From Octopus vulgaris (taxonomy: Eukaryota): a stretch of 64,000 nt of DNA. Under the pieces are notes generated by a model. It saw only the letters and a program-made list of their open reading frames with translations. It made no database searches and was not told the DNA's origin. The translations under genes were made by a program, and so were the position numbers. This document shows, one piece after another, positions 13,544 to 27,381 of this stretch; position 1 is the stretch's first letter, and every line of letters begins with the position of its first letter. The stretch lies in contig OX597826.1 in the NCBI GenBank assembly GCA_951406725.2, positions 19,282,001 to 19,346,000 of the forward strand. Direction: 5' to 3'.

Positions 13544-13581
<38 letters not shown>

Positions 13582-13988
13582 ACACACACAGAATACATAC
13601 ATACATACAAACATACATACATACATACATACATACATACATACATACATACATACATACACACATACATACATACACACATACATACATATTTAAAAGT
13701 GACAGTGAAATCAAATTCAAGCAATATATAAAAATAATAGTTCATGCATGAACATTTATGGATACTGAAAGAGGAAAAAATTTCTTGCTATCGATGGGTG
13801 AGAATTATCCATGAAGCATACCTATGGAAAACTAATAGGATCAGAATGTGTGTGTGTATAGAGAGAGAGAGGCGTCCTCTTTCTGAGAGGTGTCTGCTGT
13901 TCTCTTTCACCACAACTTCCTCTCACTCTTTCCTCCTGTTTCTGTTGTACCTGTATTTGAAAGGGTCAGCCATGTCACATTCTGTGTC

Positions 13989-14074
<86 letters not shown>

Positions 14075-14152
14075 TACAAAGATATATACACACATACATA
14101 TTATTTGGAGCGAAAAAGTATTTGAACATTTTTCAAATAAAATTCGGCACTA

Positions 14153-14580
14153 AATATTGGTTTCAAATTCTGGCACAAGGCAAGCAATTTCGGGGAAGAA
14201 GTAAATCGATTACATCGACCGCAGGGCTTAACCGGTACTTATTTTATCGATCCCGAAAATATGAAAGATAAAGTCGACGTCGGCGGAATTTGAAATTAGA
14301 ACATAAAGACGGACGAAATGCCGTTGAGCATTTTGTCCGGAGTGTTAACGATTCTGCCAGCTCACCTTACACACCCACTAAATATTGGTTTTAAATTTTA
14401 GCACAAGGCCAGCAATTTCAAGGGAGGAAGTAAGTCGATTATATCGATCCCAGTATTCAAATGATACTTATTTTATCGACCCCGAAAGGATGAAAGGCAA
14501 AGTCGACCTCGGTAGTATTTGAACTCAGAACGTAAAGTCGAACGAAATTCCGCGTGCTATTGATTCAGTTGGCTTAACAC
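14153..14580 (-). mobile_element. Two tandem SINE family B copies (~14153-14365 and ~14381-14580)
   Basis: Both contain the reverse complement of 'gtcgactttgcctttcatcctttcggggtcgataaa' and the B-box region. Confidence 0.85.
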
Positions 14581-15322
14581 CTCATATCCACTAGGCAAAA
14601 AATTATGATGGATTTACAAGTTATACGGTTAATTGATATAAATTAAATACATCTTATTTTTTAGCATATAAATCGACCAGATGTCCCATGTTTTCAGCCT
14701 AATAAAACTTTGAACATATACGAATTTCTAGTTACAGCGAATAACATTTAGCTAAATGAATCTCTTTAAAATCTCATTTCTAAAACAAAACGTCCTTTAT
14801 ACTAATTTTTCACATTTTTGCCTCAATATAACAGTTACAAAAGAAAACTTTCATTTTCAAATTTATTAACTGTACACTTTCATAAACTTGCAATCACCTG
14901 TATAATTAAACTTCCACCATGCGCACAGACAATTGTCACTGAACTTTGAGTCAACCATCGATCATATCTTATTTCTCCATTAATTATTGAACACTATTGT
15001 ACTTAAGCTATTTCTATTGGTTCCTCACTATTTTTATCGATAATTCTACTCCCCCCATCACATCAATTTCTCCCGTTTTCAATATCTGAGCACGGCTATA
15101 TATATCAAATGCCTAGATTCTTAATCCCACTGAAAAATGTTCCTATGGCGAAATATTCAAATTCATATTTAATTCTATTTCGCATTAGAGTTATTTATTT
15201 AATGATACATACATACATACATACGTACATACATACATACATACATACATACATACATACATGCATACATACATACATACATACATACATACATACATAC
15301 ATACATGCATACATATGTACGT

Positions 15323-15360
<38 letters not shown>

Positions 15361-15502
15361 GATCACGAGTAGCGATAACTTATAGAACTCAATACGTAAT
15401 GATAGAGTATTCTTTAATACTTTATTACTGAAAGGTCATAATTTTCAGTTATCCGAGTTTCACGTTTCCACTCTTTTAACTTGTTAAATAAGCATGTTTC
15501 TC

Positions 15503-15912
15503 ATGTATGCATGATGCATGTATGTATGTATGTATGTATGTATGTATGTATGTATGTATGCATGCATGCATGCATGCATGCATGCATGCATGCATGTATG
15601 TATGTATGTATGTATGTATGCATGCATGTATGTATGTATGTATGTATGTATGCATGCATGCATGCATGCATGCATGTATGTATGTATGTATGTATGTATG
15701 TATGTATGTATGCATGTATGTATGTATGTATGTATGTATGTATGCATGTATGCATGTATGCATGTATGTATGTATGTATGCATGTATGTATGTATGTATG
15801 TATGCATGTATGTATGTATGTATGTATGTATGCATGTATGTATGTATGTATGTATGCATGTATGCATGTATGTATGTATGTATGTATGCATGCATGTGTG
15901 TATGTATGTATG
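15503..15912. repeat. Long compound (ATGT)n/(ATGC)n microsatellite
   Basis: Directly visible; source of the MYVC/HTYI ORF artefacts. Confidence 0.97.
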
Positions 15913-18079
15913 TCATTTCTCAGTTTTATTTCAAGATTTACTAATAAAGTGCCGGTTTCTAACCTACATCCCAGGCTCCTTCATTAGAATTGCAACATCA
16001 ACAACAGGTATGTATGTACGTATGTATGTATGTATGTATGTATATGTGTAGATTTGTATATTTTGCTTTATGCATGTATTCTCATGCATATAATTGCATA
16101 TCTAGACACGCTCATATATATTAAAATGATAAACTTCTGGAATGTTTTACAGAATTTTACAGTTCCAGTAATAGATTGGATCTGTCGTCCTCGAATTAGC
16201 TCACTAATATGTAAGTGTGTGTATGTGTGTATGTGTGCGTGCGCGGGTGTAAATATATGTATACATGCATAGCAGATGTATTTATAAACCGGATCGCATT
16301 TTCCATGCAGTCCATAATATTGACCACGCTCTACTTATCGGACCGTGACTACCGTGCTGTTTTGTTTTGTAGATTATATTTTGCTCTGTATCACCCCTCC
16401 TCCTCCATAATCTTCTTCTTCATCTTCTTCTCCACTCTATACTCTATTTTAAGAAAGTCTTGGTTATGTATGTGTCTGCACATACACACATGCATGTGCA
16501 TATATGCACATGCATGCACATATATCGCATATTCACATGTTTATAAGCGTTGTGCACTTGAGTATATCGGCGTGTATTCTATGCATGCACAGGTCTACAT
16601 CTGCATGAATGTATCTATGCATTAGTCTCTATCTGCATGGATACACTGCATGCATTAGTCTATATGTGCGTGCATGTATGCATATGCATGCATTTGTGGA
16701 TGCGTATATGGAGATGTGCACATGTACGCATTTTGCAAGTAGTATATATATATCTATGAGCGTATGTATGTACAAGTGTGGCTGTGTGTATGTTTATATT
16801 GGTGCGCTTACGTATGCAAATAATCCGTTAACTAAAATAGGACTGCTTCCAGTTTGAAACGGAGTTGCGACTTTTATGGGATGAGAAGGGGATTATGACG
16901 TTGTGGGTAGCTCTGCCTGGGGTGGATTTCGGCTTGGGTAGGGCTGCAATAAATTGCAAGTAGGGGTTGGATGAATGTTGTTAATAGTAATGAATTTGAA
17001 GGGGTTTGATGAGGTGTTGTTAGAATGTTATAGGTAGAGGGTGGGGTAGCGGATTCCCTGTTGCTGTGAGGGGTGGCTAAGATGTTGCAGACGAAGTATC
17101 GGTGTAGTATTATTAGGCGTATTGCTGGGGATATTATTAGGGCTGTTAGTGGAATAATGATCTCGTATTTAGCTTCGATCTAGATTTCAAGAGAGGAGGA
17201 GATAGTGAGAAAAGAGAGGGAGTGATATAAGGGAGACAGAGAATCAGGATAGCAGAGAGATAGATAAAAGTACGAATAGAGAGAGAAAATGAGTGAGAGA
17301 GCGAAGAAATAATTGAAAGAAAGAGTAGTACAGAGAAGGAAGAGAGAGAGAGAGAGAGAGAGGAGGGAGAAAGGGAAGGAAGGGAGAGGGGGAGAAAGGG
17401 GAGGGAGAGAGAGGGGGACAGTGAAGGAAAAACAGAAAACTTAAGGAATGAGTGGTTGCGTGAGAGAGAAAGAGCCAGTTAAGTATAACCCCACAACCCG
17501 ACACAGAATAAGAGAGGAGGAATCAAGTGAGTGAGAGAGGAGAAGGGAGAGAGGGAGAGAGAGTGTGGAGGGGGAAGGATGGGTGCAGTATGGGGGTGTG
17601 GTGCTAAGAGACAGTGATAGATTGACAGAGATAAATAAAATAAAATATATCCTTGTCTCCTTCAAAAGTATGATGAAACACGTGGATTCCATATGCTACC
17701 ATGAAGAATGGGACAACTCCTTCTACAGACCGATTCTTCTTTACCGCCTCTAACAATACCCTTTACTATCCGTATTATAGTAGGATATATATTAGTATAC
17801 ATTACTACTATTTATTATCCAATCAATAATAACTGTTATTAACACAATTAGCAAAACTGTTCTCTGTGTTATCAATCAAACACTACAAATTCTATCTGTC
17901 TGCCTGTCTGCCTGTCATTCTGCTTAACTCGATGTATTTGTCTCTTTCTCAGTATTTCTTCCACTCTTAGCTCCCCTCTTCTATCCTCTGTCGCTCTATA
18001 GTCTTGTCATGGTAATATGATTGTGCTAAATCTGTCTTTGTACTCTGACATTGTAGCCTATAATTCACTACCTTTCTTA

Positions 18080-18366
18080 TTGTAATGTTATCATCAGTCC
18101 GAATATGCTTGATGCACGTCCGAACCGTGGAACAAACACCTCGCTTGTCCGAACTGTGCAACAAACCACTCGCTTGTTGACATGTTTTATGCACGTTCGA
18201 ACTGGGGAACAAGTTATTCACTGCTACTCACAATTCACTACGGAGAATACATCTCGCTTGTTGATTCAACAAGCGAGATATATTCTCCGTGACAAAGTGC
18301 AATGAGTAGCTTTTACCCCAGTGCGAACGTGCATCAAGCATATTTGGACGGATAATAACATTGCAA
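18080..18366. mobile_element. Fold-back palindromic MITE-like element
   Basis: Ends 'aatgttatcatcagtccgaatatgcttgatgcacgt' / 'acgtgcatcaagcatatttggacggataataacatt'; centre 'cggagaatacatctcgcttgttga-t-tcaacaagcgagatatattctccg'. Confidence 0.8.
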
Positions 18367-18589
18367 TTTCACTTATCAAAGTTTATCGCTCCCCCTCCGT
18401 AATTTTCTTATTGTATCCTGTAATTGTACTATCTCTTTATTACAGAAGTGCTGCCGCTGCTGCTGCTGCTGGTGATAATGATGATGATGATGTTGATGAT
18501 GATGATGATGATGATGATGAAAATGTGTTGGCACTTTTATATTGATTTTGTTATATTCTGTTCTGTTGATTCTGTTGTATTGATCTGTT

Positions 18590-18960
18590 AACACTTGGTA
18601 TGAAATTGCTAACGCTCCTACTTATAGATACGCTGTCTTCACTGATTTTTCTACTGTTACCACTGTCGCTCCTGCTTCCCCGAGCTGGCTTAACTCATAC
18701 CACCCCCGCTCAAGCATTCCTTCACACTCGTCTCCAATTCTTCCTCCTCTTCCCCTCACTCATAGTTTGTCCATTCATCTCGAACCCTCACTAATCAACA
18801 CGTTCAACGTCTTCCTCCTCAGGACGTTAGCCTTCTGGAATTCTGTCTATGTTCATGTTTTTCCCGCAGTCCAACATTCAGAGCATCGATTTTACCAGTT
18901 TCAGAGGGCCAGCGCTGGCCATTGTCATAGTCCCTTCCCACACTCTCTAAACCAAACAAA
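18590..18960 (+). mobile_element. Decayed LINE (CR1/L2-like) ORF2 3' end
   Basis: Remnants 'SSLIF..YCRSCFPELA..LIPP..RTLAFWNS' resemble LINE ORF2 C-termini (RT..LWNSLP). Confidence 0.45.
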
Positions 18961-20184
18961 AGAAAGAAAAAAATAGACAGAAAGAAAAGTTGAAACGTAC
19001 AGCTGTAGGGTGTTTCAAACTTCACTGGGATAAGGTCATTGTAGCTCTCAATGCAGTTATTTAGCTCCAGGTCAACTCTGATCAAGCGGACCTTTGTTTG
19101 AAGACATACCAGCTGTGTCTGCGTTGAACAGACTAAGCTTCGCATATCCAAACATGTCCGAAGTTATCAACATAGCCACTAAAGATGAAGCTCACACACC
19201 CAGCATATCTCCATTTAATTTCTAGTCAACTGAAACTTAGAGTTCTCTCCCCAGCCTCTTTTGAGAGTAATATTCATTAGCATTGATACTTACCCGTTTG
19301 AATACGGTTTTAATTATGATTAAAATTTATTTACAGCTTGAACTTAACTGATAAAAACATATACATGCTTATATGTGTACATGTGTGAATGAGTATGTGA
19401 GTGCGCATTATATATAAATATATGACATCAGAGGAAGCGAATGGGATTTAGAATTATTATGTATTTCACATATATTATGGTATGGATAACATAAAATTGC
19501 ATGAATTGCATAATATTGTATGTTTATGGAAACAGTAGTAACATCAATTTGATTTCTCTTTCATTCATTATAATTATTACTTTATAGTGTTACACCGCTA
19601 AGTTCAGTGGCTAGTTAAGCAATGAATAGGTGGATAGTTAGTAGATTGGATGGGGTGCTGAAGAAGGAGCAATAATTCCTGAAATGTGCATATACACCCA
19701 TTACCTATTTTTCTATCTTCGATTGCATTGTTTACATAGACATATGTGTATAAGAAACGTCGTAACTGTCAGTACTGGCTCTAAATACTATACAAAATCT
19801 GAAGAGATACAGTTAAAAAATGGAAATAACGCACTTCTAAACAAAGTAGGACACAGTTTTGATTTGGTTTGCAAAATGAAATTTATATTTATTGCCTTCT
19901 GTGAGGTTGATGCAGTAAAACTCAACTACCATTCCTGGACATTCTAATCATCAAAACAAACACATTGTAACAGATACAAACCAACAGATTCTAAATAATA
20001 CCTGCTGTTCTCCACATGCCACCCAAACATACTAAGACCAATATTGCTTTTAATCTAGCAAGAAAAAATTTGCACAGTTGTTTCAAACGTTAAAACTCGT
20101 TCTATATTTAAGAGATGAGGAATTATGTACATTATTTACATTATTTACATTTGGCAGATATTTGTCCCCTTCTTGTTTGTTGTT

Positions 20185-20230
20185 AACACAACATTTCGGC
20201 TGATATACCCTCCAACCTTCATCAGGTGTC
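20185..20230 (-). ncRNA. Minimal type I hammerhead motif, canonical CUGAUGA core
   Basis: Minus strand: gacac-CTGATGA-a-ggttg..cagcc-GAAA-tg-TT-gtgtt; stem III likely decayed from the ACGT palindrome. Confidence 0.75.
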
Positions 20231-20277
20231 TTGGGGAAATTTCGAAATTGAGTTCTCATTCCTAAAGTATTTTTCGA

Positions 20278-20336
<59 letters not shown>

Positions 20337-20389
20337 GAACTCGGAATCTTGGGGTTAGTGGCCATTTGCCAGGTTCGAAATTTCCCCAA

Positions 20390-20435
20390 AGCACCTGATC
20401 AAGGCTGAAGGGCATATCAGCCGAAATGTTGTGTT
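20390..20435 (+). ncRNA. Inverted partner hammerhead motif with G8C mutation (CUGAUCA)
   Basis: gcac-CTGATCA-a-ggctg..cagcc-GAAA-tg-TT-gtgtt. Confidence 0.65.
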
Positions 20436-20866
20436 AACAACAAACAAGATGAGGACAAGTATCCGTCAAATGTAAATAATGTAAATAATGATAAAACGCG
20501 TAATAAAAGACTCTAGGAATTAAAACAAATACTATTGGAGAGTCAATGTTAACAGACAACGGACTGGAGCGTGCCAAAGCAATCGATATTCTTGAGAATT
20601 GCGAAAAATAAAACACACACTTCAGATACACCAAATACTCAACCCTTTATTACAACACACAACCCCCAGAACACAGAGGTTTACAACATAATCTACCAGA
20701 ATATACCACAACTGAGACAAGACCCAAGAACGAAAGAAGCGCTCGAAATACACAAAATAATTAAAAGCAAAAGACAATCAAAATCCATCAAGAAACTCTC
20801 ACCAATGCAAAATTACTCTCCACAAACCTAACACCAACAGTCAAAAACTGTGGCCGCCCTAATTTA

Positions 20867-20924
<58 letters not shown>

Positions 20925-21375
20925 CTATATATAATATATATATATATATGTATGTATGTTGTTTATATATATACGCATGCGCATCTGTATATGGTGGTAT
21001 ATGTTTATATATATATATATGTATATATATATGTATGTGCGTGTATCTATATATATGTTTGTGCGAATATGTGTGTATATGTGTGTGTGTGTGTGTACTA
21101 TGTACGAGCAAGACTGGGTGAGGTTGTGAGTTGTCCATATGTCTATAGCTGCACGCATGTACATGTAGATGCATGTCGAAATATAAGAGTACAGATATAC
21201 TTTTATACATGTTTGTCTTTATATGAGCATACATGTGTTCGTGAACATATCTCTTCGCCCCTCACCTCCTTTATACGTTTGCATGTTCGTGCGAGTATGT
21301 ATGCATATATATCTGTGTATCATCGTGTGTACATGTATGTGTGTCTGTATGCATCTATATATGTATGACTGTAGA

Positions 21376-21412
<37 letters not shown>

Positions 21413-21521
21413 ATGTATGTATACATGCATGTACGTGTGTATGTAGATATTTCTATTCTCATGCAGCTGTCCATATACATATATTTCGGTTTATTTCTGT
21501 GTTTCTTTTTGTGTGCCTATG

Positions 21522-21974
<453 letters not shown>

Positions 21975-22539
21975 TCTTTTATTGGCCACAAAGGTTAATA
22001 TAAATCAAAATATTAAAATGGTTTTGCAAAAAAAAAAAAAAAACCATTCGAGTAAACATTTTATAACAATAAAACAATGTAACAAGTTAAAAAAAAGGCC
22101 TCCCAATAGCGGGAGGCGCTTTAAAGGTTACTCGTGGGAAAATGCATAAAAACCACGGGTACCTAATCAACAGGGCAAGAGCTCTCCTTTTATACTTTTT
22201 TTTTTACAATTCGTCTTCTCCGAATTGGTCCATCCATAATGGCCCTTTTCCCGCCATCCACCCACCTTTCGATAAATTTGCTAGAAGACAACACTTCCCT
22301 CTCTACCCTCACTTTCCTTTTCAAACGGAACTTGAAAAAGTTGATGTGGCCTTGACCAAAGAGGAAAGTGTCTGACTTTAGCCCTTTCAAACGGGTCCAC
22401 CATACTACTTCTTTTGCTACACCCACCAGACAAATGAAAATTGCATTGCTCTTCCCGGTTAAATGAGGTCGGTGGGGCAATCTTCATTATGGATTCAGCT
22501 GATAGCCGGATCCGTCCTACACGCGAAAGCAGCTGTTCG

Positions 22540-22540
<1 letters not shown>
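21975..22540 (-). mobile_element. Tx1/L1-like LINE 3' end
   Basis: 'VGVAKEVVWWTRLK..FFKFRLKRKVRVERE..FIERW' resembles a Tx1-type ORF2 C-terminus, followed by a 3' UTR; UTR fragment repeated in opposite orientation at ~24225-24335. Confidence 0.6.
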
Positions 22541-22593
<53 letters not shown>

Positions 22594-22598
22594 GTAAT

Positions 22599-23149
22599 GA
22601 TGCAGTACCAGGCAATAATAATAATAATGGCCCTGATCTTAACTGATTGGAAGTGTTATCATGTACATTGTTTTGTCTTGGTATAAAAGATGGGCTACAG
22701 CAAATATTCTGCTCAATACCATAGATTTGCTTGTCAGTTGTTTGACCTTAACCAGTTGAGCATGTCCCTTAGTGGCTGACGATATGTGCATCTCTGATCA
22801 CGAGCAGAAGTAGTGGGGGAGCATCATAGCCATGTGTTGAGAGGGATTCTTTGGGGTTTGAATAATTCACCTCTGGAAACATGGGTGGTTCTTTCAACAT
22901 CCTTAAACAACCCTTATTCAGGGACCGTTTGAGCGGGATGGGCTACTCAACCTGAAGAAAATTCTAACTGGGCCCCACCTGCAAGGTCATGTGCTGTTTT
23001 TCTTGATATGAGATCACCATGTCGCGCACATATGGTTGTGATGCATGTGCCTGGTGTGCCCTTATCAGACGGTTAGTCATGATGGGTATATTGGGCTTCG
23101 TATATTTTACCCCAGTGTCACTTTGATGGCATGAACTGCTCTCTCACTC

Positions 23150-23195
<46 letters not shown>

Positions 23196-23598
23196 CAGTA
23201 CCAGGCTTTCATGGTTTCTCATCTTAGTGTTATCATGTACATTGTTTGTCTTGGTATAAAAGATGGGCTACAGCAAATATTCTGCTCAATACCACAGATT
23301 TGCTTGTCAGTTGTTTGACCGTAACTAGTTGAGCATGTCCTTTAGTGGCTGACGATATGTGCATCTCTGATCACAAGCAGATGTGGTGGGGGAGCATCAT
23401 AGCCATGTGTTGAGAGGAATTCTTTGGGGTTTGGATAATTCATCTCTGGAAACACGGGTCATTCATCATCCTTAAACAAACCTTATTCAGGAACCTTTTG
23501 AGTGGGATGGCCCATCTCACTCAAAAGGTTCCTGAAAACAAATCCTAACTGGACGTCACCGGCAAAGTCATGAGCTGTTTATCTTGATATGAGGTAAA
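22599..23598. repeat. Two tandem copies (22599-23150 and 23193-23598) of an unclassified interspersed repeat bounded by (AAT)n
   Basis: Long shared blocks such as 'gtcttggtataaaagatgggctacagcaaatattctgctcaatacc'. Confidence 0.85.
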
Positions 23599-23617
23599 CA
23601 TGAATTAGTCCTGCGGT

Positions 23618-23697
23618 CGATTATTTCGACTAAAAGGCGGTTCTCTAGCTTAACCGCAGTCAAATGACTGAACGAATAAAAGAAACATAAAAGGTGT

Positions 23698-23745
<48 letters not shown>

Positions 23746-23996
23746 CTGCGTGTGCGTGTGTGTGTGTATGTGTGTGTGTGTATGTCTGTGTTTGTCCTCC
23801 CAACATCGCTTGACAACCGATGCTGGTGTGTTTACGTCCCCGTAACTTAGCAGTTCGGCAAAAGAGACTGACAGAATAAGTACTAGGCTTACAAAGAATA
23901 AGTCCTGGGGTCGATTTACTCGACTGAAGGTGGGGCTCCAGCATGACCGCAGTCAAATGACTGAAACAAGTAAAAAAGTAAAGAGTAAAAAAGAGT
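23618..23996 (+). mobile_element. SINE family A 3' fragments (two)
   Basis: 'ccgcagtcaaatgactgaa' tails at ~23655 and ~23948. Confidence 0.85.
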
Positions 23997-24337
23997 ATAT
24001 ATATTAATTATTAATTGATAATTCATACCGTTACAGGTATTTTTACGCGTGCTAAACCACCGACATCATCATCATCATCATCATCATCATTATTATTATT
24101 ATTATAAATAATAATAATAACAACAACAACAACACCAACAACCACAACAACAACAACAATAATAATAATGATAATAATAATAATAATATATATATATATA
24201 CACACACACACATATATACATTTATATGGGTTTTTCCACGAGTAACCTTTAAGGTTCCTCTCCCTATTGGAATTATTTTTTTACTTGTTACATTGTTTTA
24301 TTGTTATGAAATGCTTACTCGAATGTTTTTTTTTTTG

Positions 24338-24385
<48 letters not shown>

Positions 24386-25898
24386 CTTTCACTTTTCCTT
24401 AGATACCCATCCCCTCTCCAACTAACCGCCGTTACCACAAACGCAGCCACCATTATTTCCCCCTTCTTCCTTGTCATCGTTAGCATCGTCATCATGTCCA
24501 TTTTCTTCTTCTTCTTCACAGTTATTGCCACCTTGATCATCGGTGTTGTCATCGTCACATTCAACATCCTTATCCTCATTCCCCGACCGTCTCACCATCA
24601 TCATCATTATCGTCGTCGTCATCATTTCTCATCATCCTAATAACGACGACGACGACAACGACGACGACGACGACCACCACCACCACCACCACCGCCGCCG
24701 CCACCGCCACCACCACCACCACCACCACCACCACCACCACCACGGTTATCAACGTTGTCTCTTCACTTTTATTACTTCAACAGTCATTGACTGTTATACT
24801 AGCGACTGCTACAGACAATAGTTATCGTCTGGTGACGTCAAATGAGTGTAAAACTAGGTCCCTGATGTAATTGGATATTTCTCCTCCCCTTCCTTAACCT
24901 GCCTCCCTCCATAGCAGCGTCGGCCTGCTGCCACAGGCTACAGTGCAGTAACATACTTTATATATTGGTGCAATGTCTCACTGCACTCCACAACTCAACC
25001 CCTACACATATGAATTATCAGACAAGCCAATCGAACAGCTAGAAATAGCAGTCACATCTACTCCACTATCTTGAAAAAAAAATGTTCGTGTGACGGGGTG
25101 ATACAGTTCTAAATAAGCAAAATCAAGATTGAAATGCTTTTGATCATAGGTACGTTCAGTCAAGGCTAACCTGGTGTTAAAAAATACAACAACAACTTTG
25201 TAATTTCGCTCGAGCACTTCTATATTCTGCTCTCGCATGCACATGCACGTATGCGCACAGGTGTGTATTCACGTTCTCAAACACATCAATAACGACCAAT
25301 CGTGCGGACATCAAACACACATCCGAACAAACTATGGTATACACAAACGCACTCACGTTCCTATCCACATACATATACACTCACGTCTCCACAGACACAT
25401 CGACACGCACATCCATTTACACGCAGATATAGTTATGCCCATCATTATCCATAATAACAGAGATTTATAAATAAACATTCTTTATTCTAATAATAGCAGA
25501 TGGTCAAAGGTTTTGTACTTAGTGCGTATGTAAAACAAAAGCGATCCTGCCGGGATTTCAACTCAGGACTTAAAGAGAATTCATTATATTGTCCGTCTAC
25601 ACCCTTTATATTAAAGTATTTGCCATAATTCCTATATATTGCTATATTTACAATTGCTATATAGGGCAAGAGACGTTTAATGAAATAAAGAAGGTCGATA
25701 GTGAAACGGTAAACAGTTTTCGGTGTATGAGGTTCACTTCTTGCATGGTAGGCCGCAACTGACAATCAGCTTTATTTTTCCAGATCATAGTACCAACATA
25801 AGTACCTTCGATGACCCAGAGTTAGCATAATCTGCCAAGGCTCGTTTTCCGTTAACACTAACACTGAGACTCAGACTATACATACATACATACATACA

Positions 25899-25934
<36 letters not shown>

Positions 25935-25987
25935 TATATATGCATATATACGTACATATATACGTACATAAATATGCATATATACGT

Positions 25988-26041
<54 letters not shown>

Positions 26042-26230
26042 TATATTAGCTGCATATATATACATATAAAAATATATAATAGGAAGAAACTTAACACCAG
26101 GTAATTTAATCCGTAAACGTGAACCCGATCTCAGATGAACTTTAAGAACAAGTATATACATGATACATTACAAATAGGTAAATACATAATTTATTTTTTT
26201 AAAATCTATAAATAAATAACTATATTAAAA

Positions 26231-26630
26231 ACTAGCAGTATCGCCCGGCGTTGCTCGGGTTTGTAAGGGAAATAACTATATAAGCATTTTTAGAGAGTTA
26301 TAGCCAAAAAATAGCAAAAAATGCATTAAAAAATGGAAAAAAAATTATGGTAAATTTTTTTTAAAATCGTTGACTCATTGTAGACATTTTTAGAGAGTTA
26401 CTTCCCTTATATAATAGCGAAAAAATGCATTAAAATGGAAAAAAATAATGGTAAATTTTTTTTTAAATCGTAGACTCATCGTAGACGCGCGCTAATACCC
26501 AGAAGGGCTTGATATGAATCACGACTATAAGATACCCGGTTTTGGTTAAACTGCACCGCAAAATGTGGGAGTAGTTAGGAATCTAAATCGTAGGAGACAG
26601 ACAGCACAACTTGACTTTTATATATAAAGA
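26231..26630 (-). mobile_element. Non-autonomous Helitron-like element
   Basis: actag terminus plus hairpin 'cccggcgttgctcggg'; other end 'ttttatatataaaga' (TC start on minus strand); internal ~110 bp direct repeat. Confidence 0.75.
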
Positions 26631-26689
26631 TATATATGTAAAGTAATAGATTTTAAAACATTTTTTAGATGTAAACATATATTTATTTC

Positions 26690-26890
26690 TTTATTGCTCA
26701 CAGGGGCCTAAACATAGAGGGGACAAACAAGGACAAAGGGATTAAGTTGATTACATGGACCCCAGTAAATAACTGGTACTTATTTAATCGACCCCGAAAA
26801 TATGAAAGGCTAAGTCAACCCCGGCGGAATTTCAACTCAGAACGTAACGGCAGACGAAATACCGCCCAACGATTCTGCCAGCTTGCTGCC
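26690..26890 (-). mobile_element. SINE family B, diverged
   Basis: 'ctggtacttatttaatcgaccccgaaa..actcagaacgtaa'. Confidence 0.8.
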
Positions 26891-27350
26891 CTGTAAACAT
26901 AAATATATTAAAACATACATGAATACGTAAATATACTGAAGAAGGCCCGAAGTAGTGATGATAGCGAAATATGTTAAAATGAAAATTGTTAAAATAGGGT
27001 ACCAGCGGCCGTTTATGGAGGGTAATTCCCTGAAGGAGGAAATGCTAAATAATAGGTACAATATCCCCTTATTTTTACCGGTAATTGGCTTCTAGAAACG
27101 GCCGTTCTCATTAGTGAGAATTACTGCCGAAGGCTAAAGGTACTCATGTCACCACGTGTGCATTGACCATTATCACAGGGTCCGAAATCACGTGATATGA
27201 GTACGTCTGCAAATTATTTACGATTTTCATTCGCTATTGGTAAGTTGGCTTTTATATTTACTCGTTTCCTCGAATTCACCAGAATGTAGAAGTGATAACT
27301 GTGGTTTTCGGTCGTTCATGCTGTGTACTATCTTGTACCCTTGATTATAA

Positions 27351-27379
<29 letters not shown>

Positions 27380-27381
<2 letters not shown>

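Larger units (their letters stand above)
19900..20866 (+). mobile_element. Penelope-like RT C-terminal remnant interrupted by a hammerhead-bearing inverted-repeat insert
   Basis: 'QLPFLDILIIK..KPTDSK*YLLFSTCHPKHTKTNIAFNLARK' before 20090 continues after 20490 as '[33 protein letters not shown]'. Confidence 0.8.

Noticed and set aside
15476-16051. Long ORFs such as [22 protein letters not shown] and poly-I/N/H throughout the window
   Set aside because: Translations of stop-free microsatellites, not genes
24833-24840. TGACGTCA (CRE) palindrome and a nearby pyrimidine tract with AG
   Set aside because: A single 8-mer is expected by chance in 64 kb; no supporting gene context
27140-27205. GAAA-tcacgtga-TA-tgag resembling a hammerhead 3' half, within an imperfect hairpin with two CACGTG boxes
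   Set aside because: No CUGANGA-like core adjacent to the matching stem I strand; regulatory role unsupported
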